Below, in pieces: positions 39,490 to 52,354 of a stretch of DNA of 64,000 bases. The notes beneath the pieces were generated by a model, which did no database searches, had not been told where the DNA came from, and was given only the letters and a program-made list of their open reading frames with translations. The stretch's first letter is position 1. Each line of letters opens with the position of its first letter. This DNA is from Octopus vulgaris (taxonomy: Eukaryota): assembly GCA_951406725.2 (NCBI GenBank), contig OX597825.1, positions 67,022,001-67,086,000 on the forward strand, in the 5' to 3' direction. The position numbers and the translations under genes are program-made.

Positions 39490-40920
39490 AAGGTACAAAA
39501 AGTTAAGAATAGTTTAGTTAAATTTTTCCGTAGAATGGGCTTAAGCATCGTTTTTGATGATGATATGACGAAGGCCAACTTTTTAGACATTACACTTAAC
39601 TTACACAATAACTCTTACTTCCCATACCACAAACCATCAACCAATCTTAAGTATATTAGCAAACTCAATAATCATTCTATGACAATTACTAGGAACTTAG
39701 TTAAAAATATTTCATTTAGATTTCTAGGTTATCTGCTAATGTTGACATTTTCAATGATAAGGCCGAATTTTATAACTCTGAGAGAAAGTTACCTACATTA
39801 ATTCCATTCAATCTTATTCTATCTTTACCAATGTAGATATGAAATCTAGTTGTAAGGATATAAACGATATCAATTTTAATTTATACTCCAAAATCAAGCA
39901 GAGCTAGAGAGATAACCCTTATTTAATCCCCTATTTTCATTCTAAAGGTAAATCTATGTCTTTTGAAAATAATTACACTAAAAATAAGATAACTAATAGT
40001 AAAACCATTTGGCTAATTATTCCATACGGGAGGTAAATTAAATCTAATCTTCCTTTGCAGTTTCGTGAAGCTATTATTAGGAATTTTCCAAAAATTCTAG
40101 GTATTACTCTATTATCAGCTCACACACGGTTAGGATAGGTTTTTTCCGTCACAAAAAATCTCATGCAAATTATCTCTTCACATAATATTAACCTGTTAAA
40201 TTTTAATACATTTACTAATACTAACATTAATTTAGCTAGTACCATCCATCCCCCTAGGAATATTAATAACAAGGTTATTGTATCTGAAGTCAATTACAAC
40301 AAAATCAAGTTTATGTCAAGTAACTCTAAAATTAAAAATTCCATATACCAGTGTTAAATTACTACTGGTAATGAAGTATATTTTTATACAGGAAGCACAT
40401 CTCAGTTATCAATGGAATGTCTAACCATTACTCTACATTTAGGGATAGAAGGAAACGTAACAGTACAGGGCTTAGTAAATTAATTTGGAATCTAAAAGAC
40501 AACAATAAACAATTTAATTTAGATTGGTTGATTCTCTCAATCTTGATACCTTATGACAAAGGGTAGGAATTCTGTCTTCTTTGTAAATCTGAACTATTCT
40601 TTATTCTTTTTTTTTTAATCCCCTTGTAAACACGGTTATAGAGCGTGCATACCGATGTAAACATTGGCGGAAACGCACGCTTAGTTAATACAACTGATAT
40701 CTTAGAAACTTGTCGGAAGTAAAAGAATTTGAATAATACACCTGCGTTTAACTCCATTTATTTATTTATATATATTTTACAAACTATTTCACGTAAACCC
40801 GACGTTTTTATCTTTAAATCAAGGAGTTACAACCGTTTTACTTGTGTGAATCTTTGCTACCCTGGTAACTATTCATATACTTTTTCCATGTGAATTGTTA
40901 ACAAGGGAAAAATTCACGCA
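39490..40920 (+). mobile_element. Penelope-like retroelement 3' fragment (RT thumb plus GIY-YIG), decayed
   Basis: ANFLDITLNLHNNSYFPYHKP..NLKYI...NNH is the RT thumb. NSIYQC*ITTGNEVYFYTGSTS...NHYSTFRDRRKRNSTGLSKLIWNLKD...FCLLCKSE is the endonuclease. Stops and frameshifts are present, and the element is flanked by (TA)n. Confidence 0.85.
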
Positions 40921-40931
40921 TCTATATATAT

Positions 40932-40977
<46 letters not shown>

Positions 40978-41201
40978 ACATATACGGTGAGATTCGTGTG
41001 AAGGAATTTTAATATTTTGGATGTGTGAAATTAGTCTGAGTCGCCTTATTGCGTCTAAGTGTTGGCCTTCCTTCGAGTGCTGCACAGATCTATAATTATT
41101 CATGCCGTAGGCGGAAATTAGATTTATTAGAATAATATATGAGCTGCTAAGATTTGGTGTTGTTGGGTATGAAAATTTTATGAAGTTATTAAATATTTTA
41201 C

Positions 41202-41237
<36 letters not shown>

Positions 41238-43662
41238 ATGTATGTACGTATGTATGTATGCATATATGCATGAAATTAAGAGATACAGGCAATATTAATA
41301 GCAAAATGCAGTCCTTATCTATAATGTAACGTGGATGTTGATTTTTAAACACAGAATATTGCATTATGTACCTTGAGAAAACCTGTCGTAGTGATTCCTG
41401 GTAATAAATGCTCTCGTATTTATATCATTCACAGACTAGACACGTCTGCTATGGACGCCTTAACTGCCAAATCACATGATATCGCCGTGTATTGGGATCC
41501 TCAGTGACACACATCCGGTAGCGACAACAGCTGAAACTCCCGCCAACGGCTTATAGAATATCAGTGTCTGGTCTTGTACTGATATTGCAAATAGACAGTG
41601 TGCTTATAAAAAAAATAATCAATAAAGATAGAAACTGTAGTAATACCAGAAACCGTTCTTCATCTCCAAAGTAACGGCACGTTGTGTAAGAACCAGAAAA
41701 CTGCTTTATTTATCTTGAGAACCTTTTCATAAGGATCCGTGACGCATAAAACCACTCCTGTTCATATCGGCAGACGAGAACCTCCTGCTACGACTGCCTG
41801 AGATACCAGTTCAAGTAATTTCGCCTTGCTTTAAGCTCCACAGTTACAGACATCCATTTATTTTGCCTTTAGCAGGCGGTTCTCGTCTGTGAACGATATA
41901 CGTGCGAGTGCTTTTATGGACCAACAGTACATCTGTGATGTCCTCTCAAGGTAATGAATGCAGGATTCTGTGCTCTAACAAGACATCCACCTTACTTTCG
42001 AGATGAATATACACAGACACACATTTATATATACAGCATAGATACATATCAAGAGAGAGAGAGAGCGAGAGATACATTCGTACATATCTATGTGTGTATG
42101 TGTTTACGTGTGTGTGTGTTTGGCGATTTTGTGGTTTATTTTATGCATTAATTTTCAATCAGAAAATGTACAATAGTAACCTGCTGCTAGATTCAAATCC
42201 ATGTGTTCCAAATCACGAAGAAACCGAATTACCATCCAATCTTATTAAGGCGTTCTTCCCCGTTGCAATTCATGTAATTTTGTATAGACCTGCTAGTTTA
42301 GATATTTCTTGAGATTCAAGGCTTTCTAATTGCATCTTTAGGATCTGTGGTTGGTGTTCTGAAAACAGGTGGCCTTCATTCGTCAAGAATCTCAGTGTAT
42401 TCACGTTAAAATAAATTACTCACTCTCACTCTGTGTCACTCTGTGTGGGTGTGTGTCTCTTTCTGTCTCTCTCTCTCTTCGACTAATCCTCTGGCCATAA
42501 TTTTCAATAAGGTCGAATGTAATATATAAGCAACGTAATTCACTAAAGAAAATGTCCAATTAGATGGTTTCCTTGGAAATTATTTTTCCTAAATAGCACA
42601 TCATATCAAATCTGTGTTTCAATTTTCAAGTTCCTTAACCTTTACAAGTATGCATTTTCTGTAGATTGCATAACTTAACCCATGCTACAGTTTGAACACA
42701 AACTTTGCTGCTCCCTAGTCCGTGTCAACAGCGGCAAAATTGTCTGTACGAACACGCAAACCTTTTCTATTTCTGCTCTTTGTGGAAGATATGTTTGTCT
42801 CTAAGGTCAATCGAGATATAGATCCTTGTAAATAACGATGAAACACACAGCTATGTGGGGTTTACTAACAATCACTTTAAAATAAGGTCTTTGCAACATC
42901 TTACACATTCAGGTACCGCTTCACTACTTTAATAAATGGGGACCTGATAGGTTAATATCATCAACTATAGACTCGTATTTTTTCAGAAAATCTGCCCTCA
43001 CCCAAATATTTAACGGGAGCTACTCTAAGGTGATTGTAAAAAGCCGATTATATTTTTTACAATTTCAAACTAAAGAACGGGTATTCTGAATCTTGATGAC
43101 AGCTGCATTCTTGTTTATTTCAAAACTTCAGACATCTATTTTCTATTTTTCTATAGCAAGAAAGAAAAGGTTTTATGTTCTATATAATGGATATGAAATA
43201 TTCTGAAAAGCAAAAATTTGAAAAAAGAGAAAAAAAAACATACAAGCATCCATTAACATTAAACTTTATTAACAATAGCCGCCCCTTTTTCTTACGTGTT
43301 ATTTGTTTTGTTTATTTATTCATTTATTATTTATTTATTTTTTTTACATATGATACTGAAGACACGAAAACCACATGATTTTGCACGTGAATAGAGGAGG
43401 ATACCAAGAAATAATTAAATAGTTGAATGTATGACGCATTTTCTAACGTTCTTTTCTGCCACCAATGAAATCTCTGCATAATGTTGACTATTCATATTTC
43501 GATGTGTATGTTACTTATTATATTTATATAATTTATGATCATATTGATTTCCTACTTAAATCATACGAATAGTCGGGTTTGGGAAACTCAGAGATGGGAT
43601 GGCATAAGTTTCACAAACTAACACAACACACACACATACATGCACAGACTCACACATACAGG

Positions 43663-43703
<41 letters not shown>

Positions 43704-43706
<3 letters not shown>

Positions 43707-43892
43707 GGTCCCGGGTTGGTTCGGGGTTAACCACAGTAAATAAGGTACTCAATACATAGCAGAGTAAAATTAATTTATTATATAGAAGGAGCTTCTACAG
43801 GACTAGAACTGTTTCATTCAAGAGAAATCTTAAGGAAGCTTCCTGAAGATTTCTCTTGAATGAAACAGTTCTAGTCCTGTAGAAGCTCCTTC

Positions 43893-43900
<8 letters not shown>
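43704..43900 (-). mobile_element. Short PLE-type terminal repeat with 124-bp fold-back palindrome
   Basis: Palindrome 43777-43900 with its axis at 43838/43839; (TA)n on both sides. Confidence 0.75.
43837..43887 (+). ncRNA. Type I hammerhead ribozyme, same family as 21123
   Basis: AGCUUC-CUGAAGA-UUUC ucuu GAAU-GAAA-CAG uucuaguc CUG-UA-GAAGCU. The minus-strand mirror copy has a core mutation (CUUAAGA). Confidence 0.8.
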
Positions 43901-43941
<41 letters not shown>

Positions 43942-43944
<3 letters not shown>

Positions 43945-44174
43945 ATAAAACGGTAAGATAACAAAAGAAAGAAAGAGACCTCAATATTATGTAAATAGAG
44001 GAAATTTATCTATACAATATGTTACATTACTCGTTAGTCAAGATAAAACTCTGAGTTTCAGATGCCGAAGTGGAAATCCACAACACCATCTCTTCGGTTA
44101 TCTTCGGATTTCCACTTCGGCATCTGAAACTCAGAGTTTTATCTTGACTACCGAGTAATGTAACATATTGTATA
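43942..44174 (-). mobile_element. Short PLE-type terminal repeat with partial inverted duplication
   Basis: Arms 44011-44079 and 44106-44174 are inverted, an HHR is on the minus strand, and the element is embedded in (TA)n. Confidence 0.65.
44040..44104 (-). ncRNA. Type I hammerhead variant (U4 to C) with extended stem II
   Basis: AAGAUAA-CCGAAGA-GAUG...CAUC-U-GAAA-CUCAGAGU-U-UUAUCUU: 7-bp stem I, near-palindromic stem III, GUU triplet. Confidence 0.65.
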
Positions 44175-44487
44175 TATATATATATATATACCATAGTCTA
44201 TAATATTTCGACTGATTATGGCTAAGAACCCAGTGATATATAAGTTACGATACTAAATAACGAATATGAAATTTGTAAGAATTTTAAAGCCAGCTTGTAC
44301 CCTATTCCGGCACAATACTGAATCATCTTCAAATCTTTCGCATATTTATAAAACAAAATATGAATGAGTGAATGGCAATTTTATCAGAAAAAGGAAACAA
44401 ATAAGAGACGCATGAATAAATTGGAAGACTTGAAAATGATTGGTAATATCTTTTCCTCACTAAGAAGTTCATATGATGGATACACAA

Positions 44488-44498
44488 GTAGTAGTAAC

Positions 44499-44576
<78 letters not shown>
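44488..44576 (+). repeat. (GTA)n trinucleotide microsatellite
   Basis: About 29 near-perfect units; explains the poly-Ser and poly-Thr ORFs. Confidence 0.98.
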
Positions 44577-44582
<6 letters not shown>

Positions 44583-45611
44583 AGTAGAGCAGCAGTAGAA
44601 GTAGTTGGTGGTGTTGCTATAGCGGCTGTATGTTAGGTTATGTTGATACACGGTCGCGTTCCTTTATATAGAATTGTGTGCTATTTCTGATGTCCGTTCC
44701 TTGAAAACATTTATTTTTTCTTTCGTCAAATGCAACCAGACTTCCCAAACAGCACAACACCAATCACATACACATCATTTAATGGAAGATATTAGCACTA
44801 ATTACTAAACACATCATGTCAACAGAGGAATCAGCAATTAAAATAACTTAGTTCACGAGCTTAGGCAATCACTAAACTCATTAGATTAATAAATATTTAC
44901 AAATCAGTTAGAAAATACAGAGATCATAAACCAACAAGGCCCTATAACATTTGACCATCTAAACAACAGAAATACCGTAAAACGTGTCCAATACTTCGTA
45001 CAATCATATATTATAAATATGCATTAGTCACATATATCTTAAATAATGTATTTTCAATGTCGGTTAAAATGTTACTGTTTAAGCAAAGAGGCTTAAAACT
45101 TTGGCACTATGCCACGGCTCTCCTGTGGAGAAGCTTATAATTGTGTAAAACGACTCCAGTTTATAGCAGGTAATTATTTTATTGATGCCGGATTAGGATT
45201 ATGAAAAACAAAGCGAACTCCAGCGAGATTTGAACGTAGTATGCAACACTATGTAAACGAAATAGCACAGTGTTTACGCTGCAATTTTTTTTCTGTCATT
45301 TTATTTTTGTTTAAATGAAACGAAATCTATAATGGAAATTTTAAATGAAAAATGTATACACTCCAATGTAATCATTAAAAATATATTCTTGATTTGATTT
45401 TGTACCTGGTTGATGGGTATATGCGTTATTATCTCAAGGAATTATCGATGATTGTTGAATGAGTTCCAATGCTGCTAATTCCAGAAATCGATTTAATCCT
45501 CCATGCTTCCCATGTGACATCGATGTCTTGAAGTGTATTTTTATTCCAAATGCATTTAATAGAATATTTTTCAATTAAGAATTTATAACTGAAGACAGAA
45601 CCAAAGGCAGG

Positions 45612-45652
<41 letters not shown>

Positions 45653-46124
45653 TTTGTTGAGGAATGGTATAGTCTGCAGAACTGGTTTCAGGATACTGCT
45701 GGGAATTATTGTTTCGAAACCCAACCTCCAGGAGATGAAATAATTAAAATAGGAGGATTTGAACTCTGAACATGGTGGGACGAAAGTATATGTTGTTCTT
45801 AAATTTAGTTCAGCCACCGAAACGAGCCGTATTTAAACAATAATATCCTAGTTAAAGATGAACTCGTAGTTAATACAGGATCTGTAGAATGAGTAGGTAT
45901 TTACAATCAGTAAGTTAACACTGCACATGGATAGAATACATTACGTGCTCATGAATAATGGTGGGGTACGTACTCATGGTGTGATTATATAATACAGTAT
46001 TTTCTCCTATCGTTCACGTTGATTCTTCAATATATTTCTTTTAAAATATTAAAATTTTGTTTATATATGATTTGAATCATTGGCAAATGTCTTTTCTTTT
46101 GATGTCGTTTTTTCCCATCATCCT

Positions 46125-46851
46125 TCAAAGTTTCGATGTTGAAGTTTTTAGACTACTGACTGGTCGTGATGTCATGTGAGAATCGAAAGAATCTGACCGC
46201 TGTCTGCGATAAATACCATCTCCTAATTTTGTGCAGAGGTAGCAAAGCGAAATGCGGAATTTCTTGCGAAAGTTCTGGCTAAATATACTATAAAGCACTG
46301 GATTTGCTGCCGAATTTATATATGAGAGGCTAATAGAGAAAACTCTGTACGACCAAGTACTCTCGAACTTTTTAATAGCAAAAGTATTATAAAAGAGAAG
46401 AACTTGTGGTGGAAGATAGCTGAGCACATATATAATTACACAAGCCATTAACATTTTCACAACACCCCTCCTGGCTTTGACGGCTTCATGAGATTTTTCA
46501 GATTTACGATTATTTTCAGTTCGCATCTGGAATCTTGTTGTTAGTTCTTTTGCGCTGACGAACAGTCGGCGGGCGATTATGGAATACAATACAATCTGTA
46601 TGCCTATTGGAAAGTAAAAGTATAAGAATGCTTCAGCGTATTTGTAGAGCACCCTGTACATTATGTCATAAGGTTTTGGAAACATCAGCGTGCAAAATAT
46701 CAATTTCGAATGTCCAAACAAAAGACCATTGAAAATCACGGTTGGTAACCCGCAAATGAGCGCTATTGGCCAGATACAGACTATTGTTAGGATAACTTTC
46801 TTCTTGCTGCAGAGAATATGAGCCTTGATGGGATATACAATGGCTATAAAT
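46125..46851 (-). CDS. Terminal coding exon of a class A (rhodopsin-like) neuropeptide-type GPCR, TM3-end to C-terminus
   Basis: Polypyrimidine tract plus acceptor (tttcttgtttctttttattttcag|a) gives a phase-2 start inside the Arg of the D/E-R-F motif: RFIAIVYP. Then TM4 CIWPIALICGLP, ECL2 Cys (IFCTLMFP), TM5 FYFPIGIQIVLY, TM6 SYLPP, TM7 NSAANPVLY, helix 8 SQNFRKKF and a Ser/Thr-rich tail ending in TGA. The exon is 727 nt with no frameshifts. The ORF-track start at 46922 is intronic. Confidence 0.93.
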
Positions 46852-47514
46852 CTGAAAATAAAAAGAAACAAGAAACGTGTTACATATTTAACATTTTTTA
46901 AAAATAGTAATACAAGATTCATTCGAAAATATTATGAAATCACATTCTACTACAATTAAGATAAAACATATCGAGTCTTTTATACAACCCAATTCACTTC
47001 CTTTCCATGTGTTGCTACAAAACTACTTTTCTTTTCACTAATTCTACTATTTCTATACAATTTTTAGTGAAACTGCAAATCAGATGTTACAGTACTTGTT
47101 CCATTTCTCCTCGTCATAAATTCCTCCTCTATTCCGTTTTCTATGCTTTTAGAATCTCATCTCATCATATGGCTTTCCTATTTTTACTTCTTTCATAGGT
47201 AACATTTTAAATAAAATACTTATGTGTTGGCTTCGACTAGTTATCAATAACACTAAATGTTCTGAACTGCTCTCAGCGTATTTCCTATATTCTTGGATCA
47301 AATTGATAGAAGTATCATAACCGCTATTTTCGTTACAATTCATCCCAGGATATTGCTGCTAAACACACCGCCATTATTTTCAATTCCTTAAAATGCTTCC
47401 AAACCTCGATTTGGAAAGCAGCGGTTAATTATAAATAACCATGATCCTTGTTACATGAAATATTTGTAGATAACGAAAACAATTTGAAATATTTACTGAG
47501 TAAAGCAACAACTG

Positions 47515-47770
47515 TGGAGGCGCGTGGCTTAGTGGTTGGGGTGTCAGCATCATGATCGTAAGATTGTGTTTTCGATTCCTGGACCGGGCGACACGTTGTG
47601 TTCTTGATCAAAACACTTCATTTCACGTTGCTGCAGTCCACTCAGTTGGCAAAAAGGAGTAACGCTGCGATGGACTGGCGTCCTGTCCTGATGAGGAACA
47701 CATACGCCATAGAAACCGGGAAACCGGGCCCATGAGCCTGGCTAGGCTTTAAAAGGTCGCAAGAAGAAGG
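47515..47770 (+). mobile_element. SINE group C (short-tail type)
   Basis: tRNA-like head; tail GAAACCGGGAAACCGGGCCC shared with 12300-12545 (-) and partly with 37620-37915 (-). Confidence 0.85.
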
Positions 47771-47804
47771 AGAAAACAACATGTTTTCTTTATAACGGTT
47801 GTAC

Positions 47805-48921
47805 AAGGCCTGAACGTTTGCAGTGAAGGGCTATTCGATTACATCAAACACAGTGCTTAGCTGGTTCTTATTTAATCGACCCCGAAAGAATGAAACGCGA
47901 AGCCTAACTCGGCAATATTTGAACTCAGAACGTAAAGACAGATTACTTGTTTCAAACTTTGGAACAGGGACAGTAGATTTTTAGTGGATAGAAGTCAACT
48001 GCATTGACACTAAGATTCATTTTACAAACACTTAATAGTATTTCAAATTCTGACATAAGGCCAGTAAGATCGGGGAAGGGGTTAAGTCGATTACAACACC
48101 CCACTAATGCTCAACTAGTACTTGATTTATCCTCGACCCCAAGAGATGACTCGGCAGAATTTGAACTCAAATAGTAAAAACGGACGAAATGCCACTTAGC
48201 ATTTTCTTTCCGGCGTGTTAATAATGCTAATCATTTTGTGGAAGTTATCTATGGTAGTACCAGGTCCAGAAGTGCTCTGAAACACTATATAGTTGACCGT
48301 CGTCGAATGCCAAGAGATTTCCCGACTTTATCATCTTACCCATCACCAGATTTCTATATATTTCCACCATACAACTTCTGACTGTATTGCTGAACTGGTA
48401 GGGGGCAGTGAGCACCCGACGACATCCCAGATGCCAGCAATGCTTTCTACTATATACAAAAGGCCCAAAAATTTTGAGCGAAAGGGATTGTCGATTATAT
48501 CGACTCTAGTGTTCAATTGGCACTTACTTCATCGATCCTGAAAGGATGAAGATCAAAATCTAACTCTATACAACTCAGAACATAAAGACGGACCAAATAC
48601 AGCTAAGCACTTTCTTTGACATTGTCGATATTGTGGGTTCGTAATTACTATAATAACGAATATTAATAATTATGAAAATAATGGATATTAATGATAATTA
48701 TAATAATGATATTAAATTTTAGCCACAAGGGCAGCTAGGGGGAGGGGATTAAATCGATTTCATCGACCCCAGTGCACAACTGGTAGTTATTTAATCGACC
48801 ACGAAAGGATGAAAGGCAAATCTCGACATCGGCGGAATTTGAGCTTAGAACGTAGCCGCAGACGAAATACCGCTAAGCATCTCGTCCGGCATGCTAACGA
48901 TTCTGCCAGCTCGCCACCTTA
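47805..48921 (-). mobile_element. Cluster of about four group A SINE copies of differing age
   Basis: Best copy at 48722-48921; decayed copies near 47805-47940, 48045-48230 and 48455-48615. Confidence 0.75.
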
Positions 48922-50752
48922 ATAACTATTATAATTATGAATGAAAATGGTTTTTAATTTAGACCCAATGTTATGAATATTCAACAGTTGCGGAAAGTCG
49001 ACACTATCAACCCCAGTGTTTAGTTCGTACTTTATTTTTTTATGTTTTGGAATTATCAAAGTTGATCTGAGTGAAATTTCTACACAGAATGTAATACGCC
49101 AAAAAACATACTACATAGCAGATATACATATATATTACTTACTCTAATACACATACACAAACAGACAGACATACACACACGCACACACACACATACATAC
49201 ACACACACACACACAGACACACACATATATATATATGATCGATCACTAGCCACTACACAGTTTTATTTTCTCCCCTTTCTTGTTTCTGTGTTCCTTTCTG
49301 TGGAAGAGCGTAGGCTCGAAACGTTTAATACTTTTTCACTTCCCGAGCGTTATACTAATACATCTCTGTTTGTTGTCTACACCACATGTCTTCGTCTTTT
49401 GTTTTTTTGTTTGTGAATTCTCCCAATATATATACACACATACACAAACATAAGCCCATATACAGTATATTTCTTTCTCTCTCTCTCTCTCTCTCTCTCC
49501 CCGAATCTTTAAAGATTTTGCCAAATCCTCACGTGTAAATGAATGCGATTTCTACAAAAACTGAACACGACTTACATATTTATTGCTATTTAGCAATATT
49601 CAATTTCCGATTGGAGAGTGGTCTGGGAAAAATTCAGGCAATAAATATCGATTGATTAATGATATACCACATCTGAACTCCCCGACTCTACCCCCAAAAT
49701 ATGACCCTATCTAAACGACAATCCACACTATTCTAGCTTTCAGTATTTTTACAAAGTGGGAACCTATTGAATTGAATAATAGAATGTACAACAAACGTTC
49801 AGTAATAAAGAACGATTTACTGGCAAATATTTTGCGTAAAATTGATATAGTCAAACAGTTACAGAACAGCAGAATCATCAACACGTCGGACACAATGCTT
49901 AGCGGCATTTCTTCTGTCATTTGAGCATTCTGAGTTCAAATTCTACCGCGATCGTCGGCACGGGGATATAGTTGAATTGTAGAAGGCACTAGCGCTGGGT
50001 GCCATAAAGGGTTAACTGAAACTGAACCATGAGGTTGGGAATTAAATCTCTTACTATTCAACCATTCCTGCTCCTTATATTTTTGTCAGACAGAAAACTA
50101 GTCAACATACGCGGAAAATTGCGTCGATAACATCAGTATAACAACAGTATTGATCCAGAACAATCACACCGCTTACACAATAGCCTGTTTTCAGTTTCAC
50201 TTGAATAATCCAAAAGCTTCGAGTGACTGACTTCGCTTAAAATGGTTCGATAATATAAACAAACACATTTACTTGTTATTTACTACAGGAATATTGGAGA
50301 ACGTATGTTTTTGGCACCAGAAATATTGTTTTCATTCGTGTACAAGAGTATATGCAGTATGATATCGCAGAGACGGCCTGATAGTATAATAATTTATATT
50401 ACACAACAAAATTCATGGTAAAAATGAAAGACTTGTCTCCATGTTAACATATTTCTAGTTACTGTAAAAGAATAGCATATAGTGTAATAAGATCTTGTTC
50501 AAAAAGAACATAATATTGTTTTGCGATTGGAGTGGAGCTGAATACAGAAGTATTAGTGTTGTTAACAGAAGTAGAACGGGACGCTTGTTGTCTATAGAAA
50601 ATGGATTCAACTGATATTACGTTTGTGTCGTGATTAAAGATCATCTCTCAACAGTGATGTTTAAACGCCTTTCAAATTGAATATATTCATAAATACTGAA
50701 ACTTAGTTTCATACACACACACACAATCGCATGTACATATAAGTATACGCAG

Positions 50753-50801
<49 letters not shown>

Positions 50802-50943
50802 ATAATTTAGAGCATCTAAGAGATACCGCCATGCTGAAAAGAGCAGCGAATATCTGACTCTAAAACCATATTAAATACCCATACAGCACAAGGACAGAAG
50901 ACAAAAAAGTGAAAATATAACAAGTAAAAAAATTTACTGGATA

Positions 50944-51002
50944 ATTCCAGATCCCGAATTTCGGACTTTGCATTTAGAAATACATTGCCTCATCAGTGGA
51001 AT
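50944..51002 (-). ncRNA. Type I hammerhead ribozyme in a PLE-type terminal repeat
   Basis: AUUCCA-CUGAUGA-GG caaUGUAUUU cu AAAUGCA aagu CC-GAAA-UUCGGGAU-C-UGGAAU: 6-bp stem I, AUC triplet. Confidence 0.75.
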
Positions 51003-51221
51003 ATACGCAGAGAGTAACATAATTGCATATATATATATATATACATACAACATACGAATACTTACATTTACGAACGTATACATACATATATATACACGTA
51101 TGCAACATGACCAGTTTAAATTACCCTCTTCGTAACTCCGTCGTGGGATATCACCGCAGTAAATACAGTGACGAAATAAATTTAGCGATCTTCTTCTTAT
51201 ATATATATATATATATATACG

Positions 51222-51267
<46 letters not shown>

Positions 51268-51486
51268 ATATATATCTTTTACTCGTTTCACTCATTAGAC
51301 TGCGGCTATGAGGGACAGCGCCTTTTTTGTTAAAGCGTGGTACATATTTAATCGATGTTACTTGCCGAACAACAGTAAATTTACTGGGACGTGAATACAC
51401 CAATGCTTGTTGTTAAGCGGTGGTGAGTGTGACAAACAGAAACAAAAGCACACAAACACACACACATATATACATACATACATATA

Positions 51487-51519
<33 letters not shown>

Positions 51520-52321
51520 TCATTGTTGTCTATAGAAAATGGATTCAAATGATATTATGTCTGTGTCGTGATTAAAGATCTCTCAACAGAACGATGAATA
51601 GGCTTGCGTAAACCATGGTTCGTTTTTCTCTCTTACTTTATTATCATCTTATAATCATCTCATAATAATGACTTTTATGACTCATATTACTGCCTCAGTC
51701 AATCTAAATGTATATATTTGTCGTTACCTGTCATAAATAGCCTTTTTCTATTTGCAAGGTGCATTTTCGTTGATTTTTCATATTTTACCCTTACATTTCC
51801 ACATGTATTTTATATTTTCTTTTCGTAACCTATTTCTACTATATATATATATATAAGACGGGCTGCTTTCATTTTTCCGTATTCCAAATCCACTCACAAG
51901 GTTTTCGTCGGATCGAGGCTATACTAGAAGAAACTTGTCCAAATTGATAGACAGTGGGAATGAACCCGGAGCCATGAGGTTGTGAAGCAAGTTTATTATC
52001 ACACAACGACGCCTGCACCTATTATGCATATACTGGATGGGACTGGATTGCCTACGTTCAGTCCACGACATGTCGAAGATCTCAGCTTGTTCTTTCCACC
52101 AACCACGGTCTGATGTGTAGGCCGTGGTTTTGAGCTTGACATCATACTAGTTTGATGGTCCTACTCTGGCACACAGGGTTGACATAGCTGGGTAGAGAGG
52201 TATACTATTTTATACTCTTGCCCAAGAGTAGTTAAGTTGATTACCTCGACCCCAGTGCGCACTGGTAGTTATTTCATCGACCCCGAAAGGATGAAAGACA
52301 TAGACCCCGAAAGGATGAAAG

Positions 52322-52354
<33 letters not shown>

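Noticed and set aside
44364-44651. Poly-Ser and poly-Thr ORFs
   Set aside because: They come from a (GTA)n microsatellite.
46852-46922. N-terminal extension MNLVLLFLKNVKYVTRFLFLFIF of the GPCR ORF
   Set aside because: It is the intronic polypyrimidine tract read through in frame; the receptor would lack TM1-TM3.
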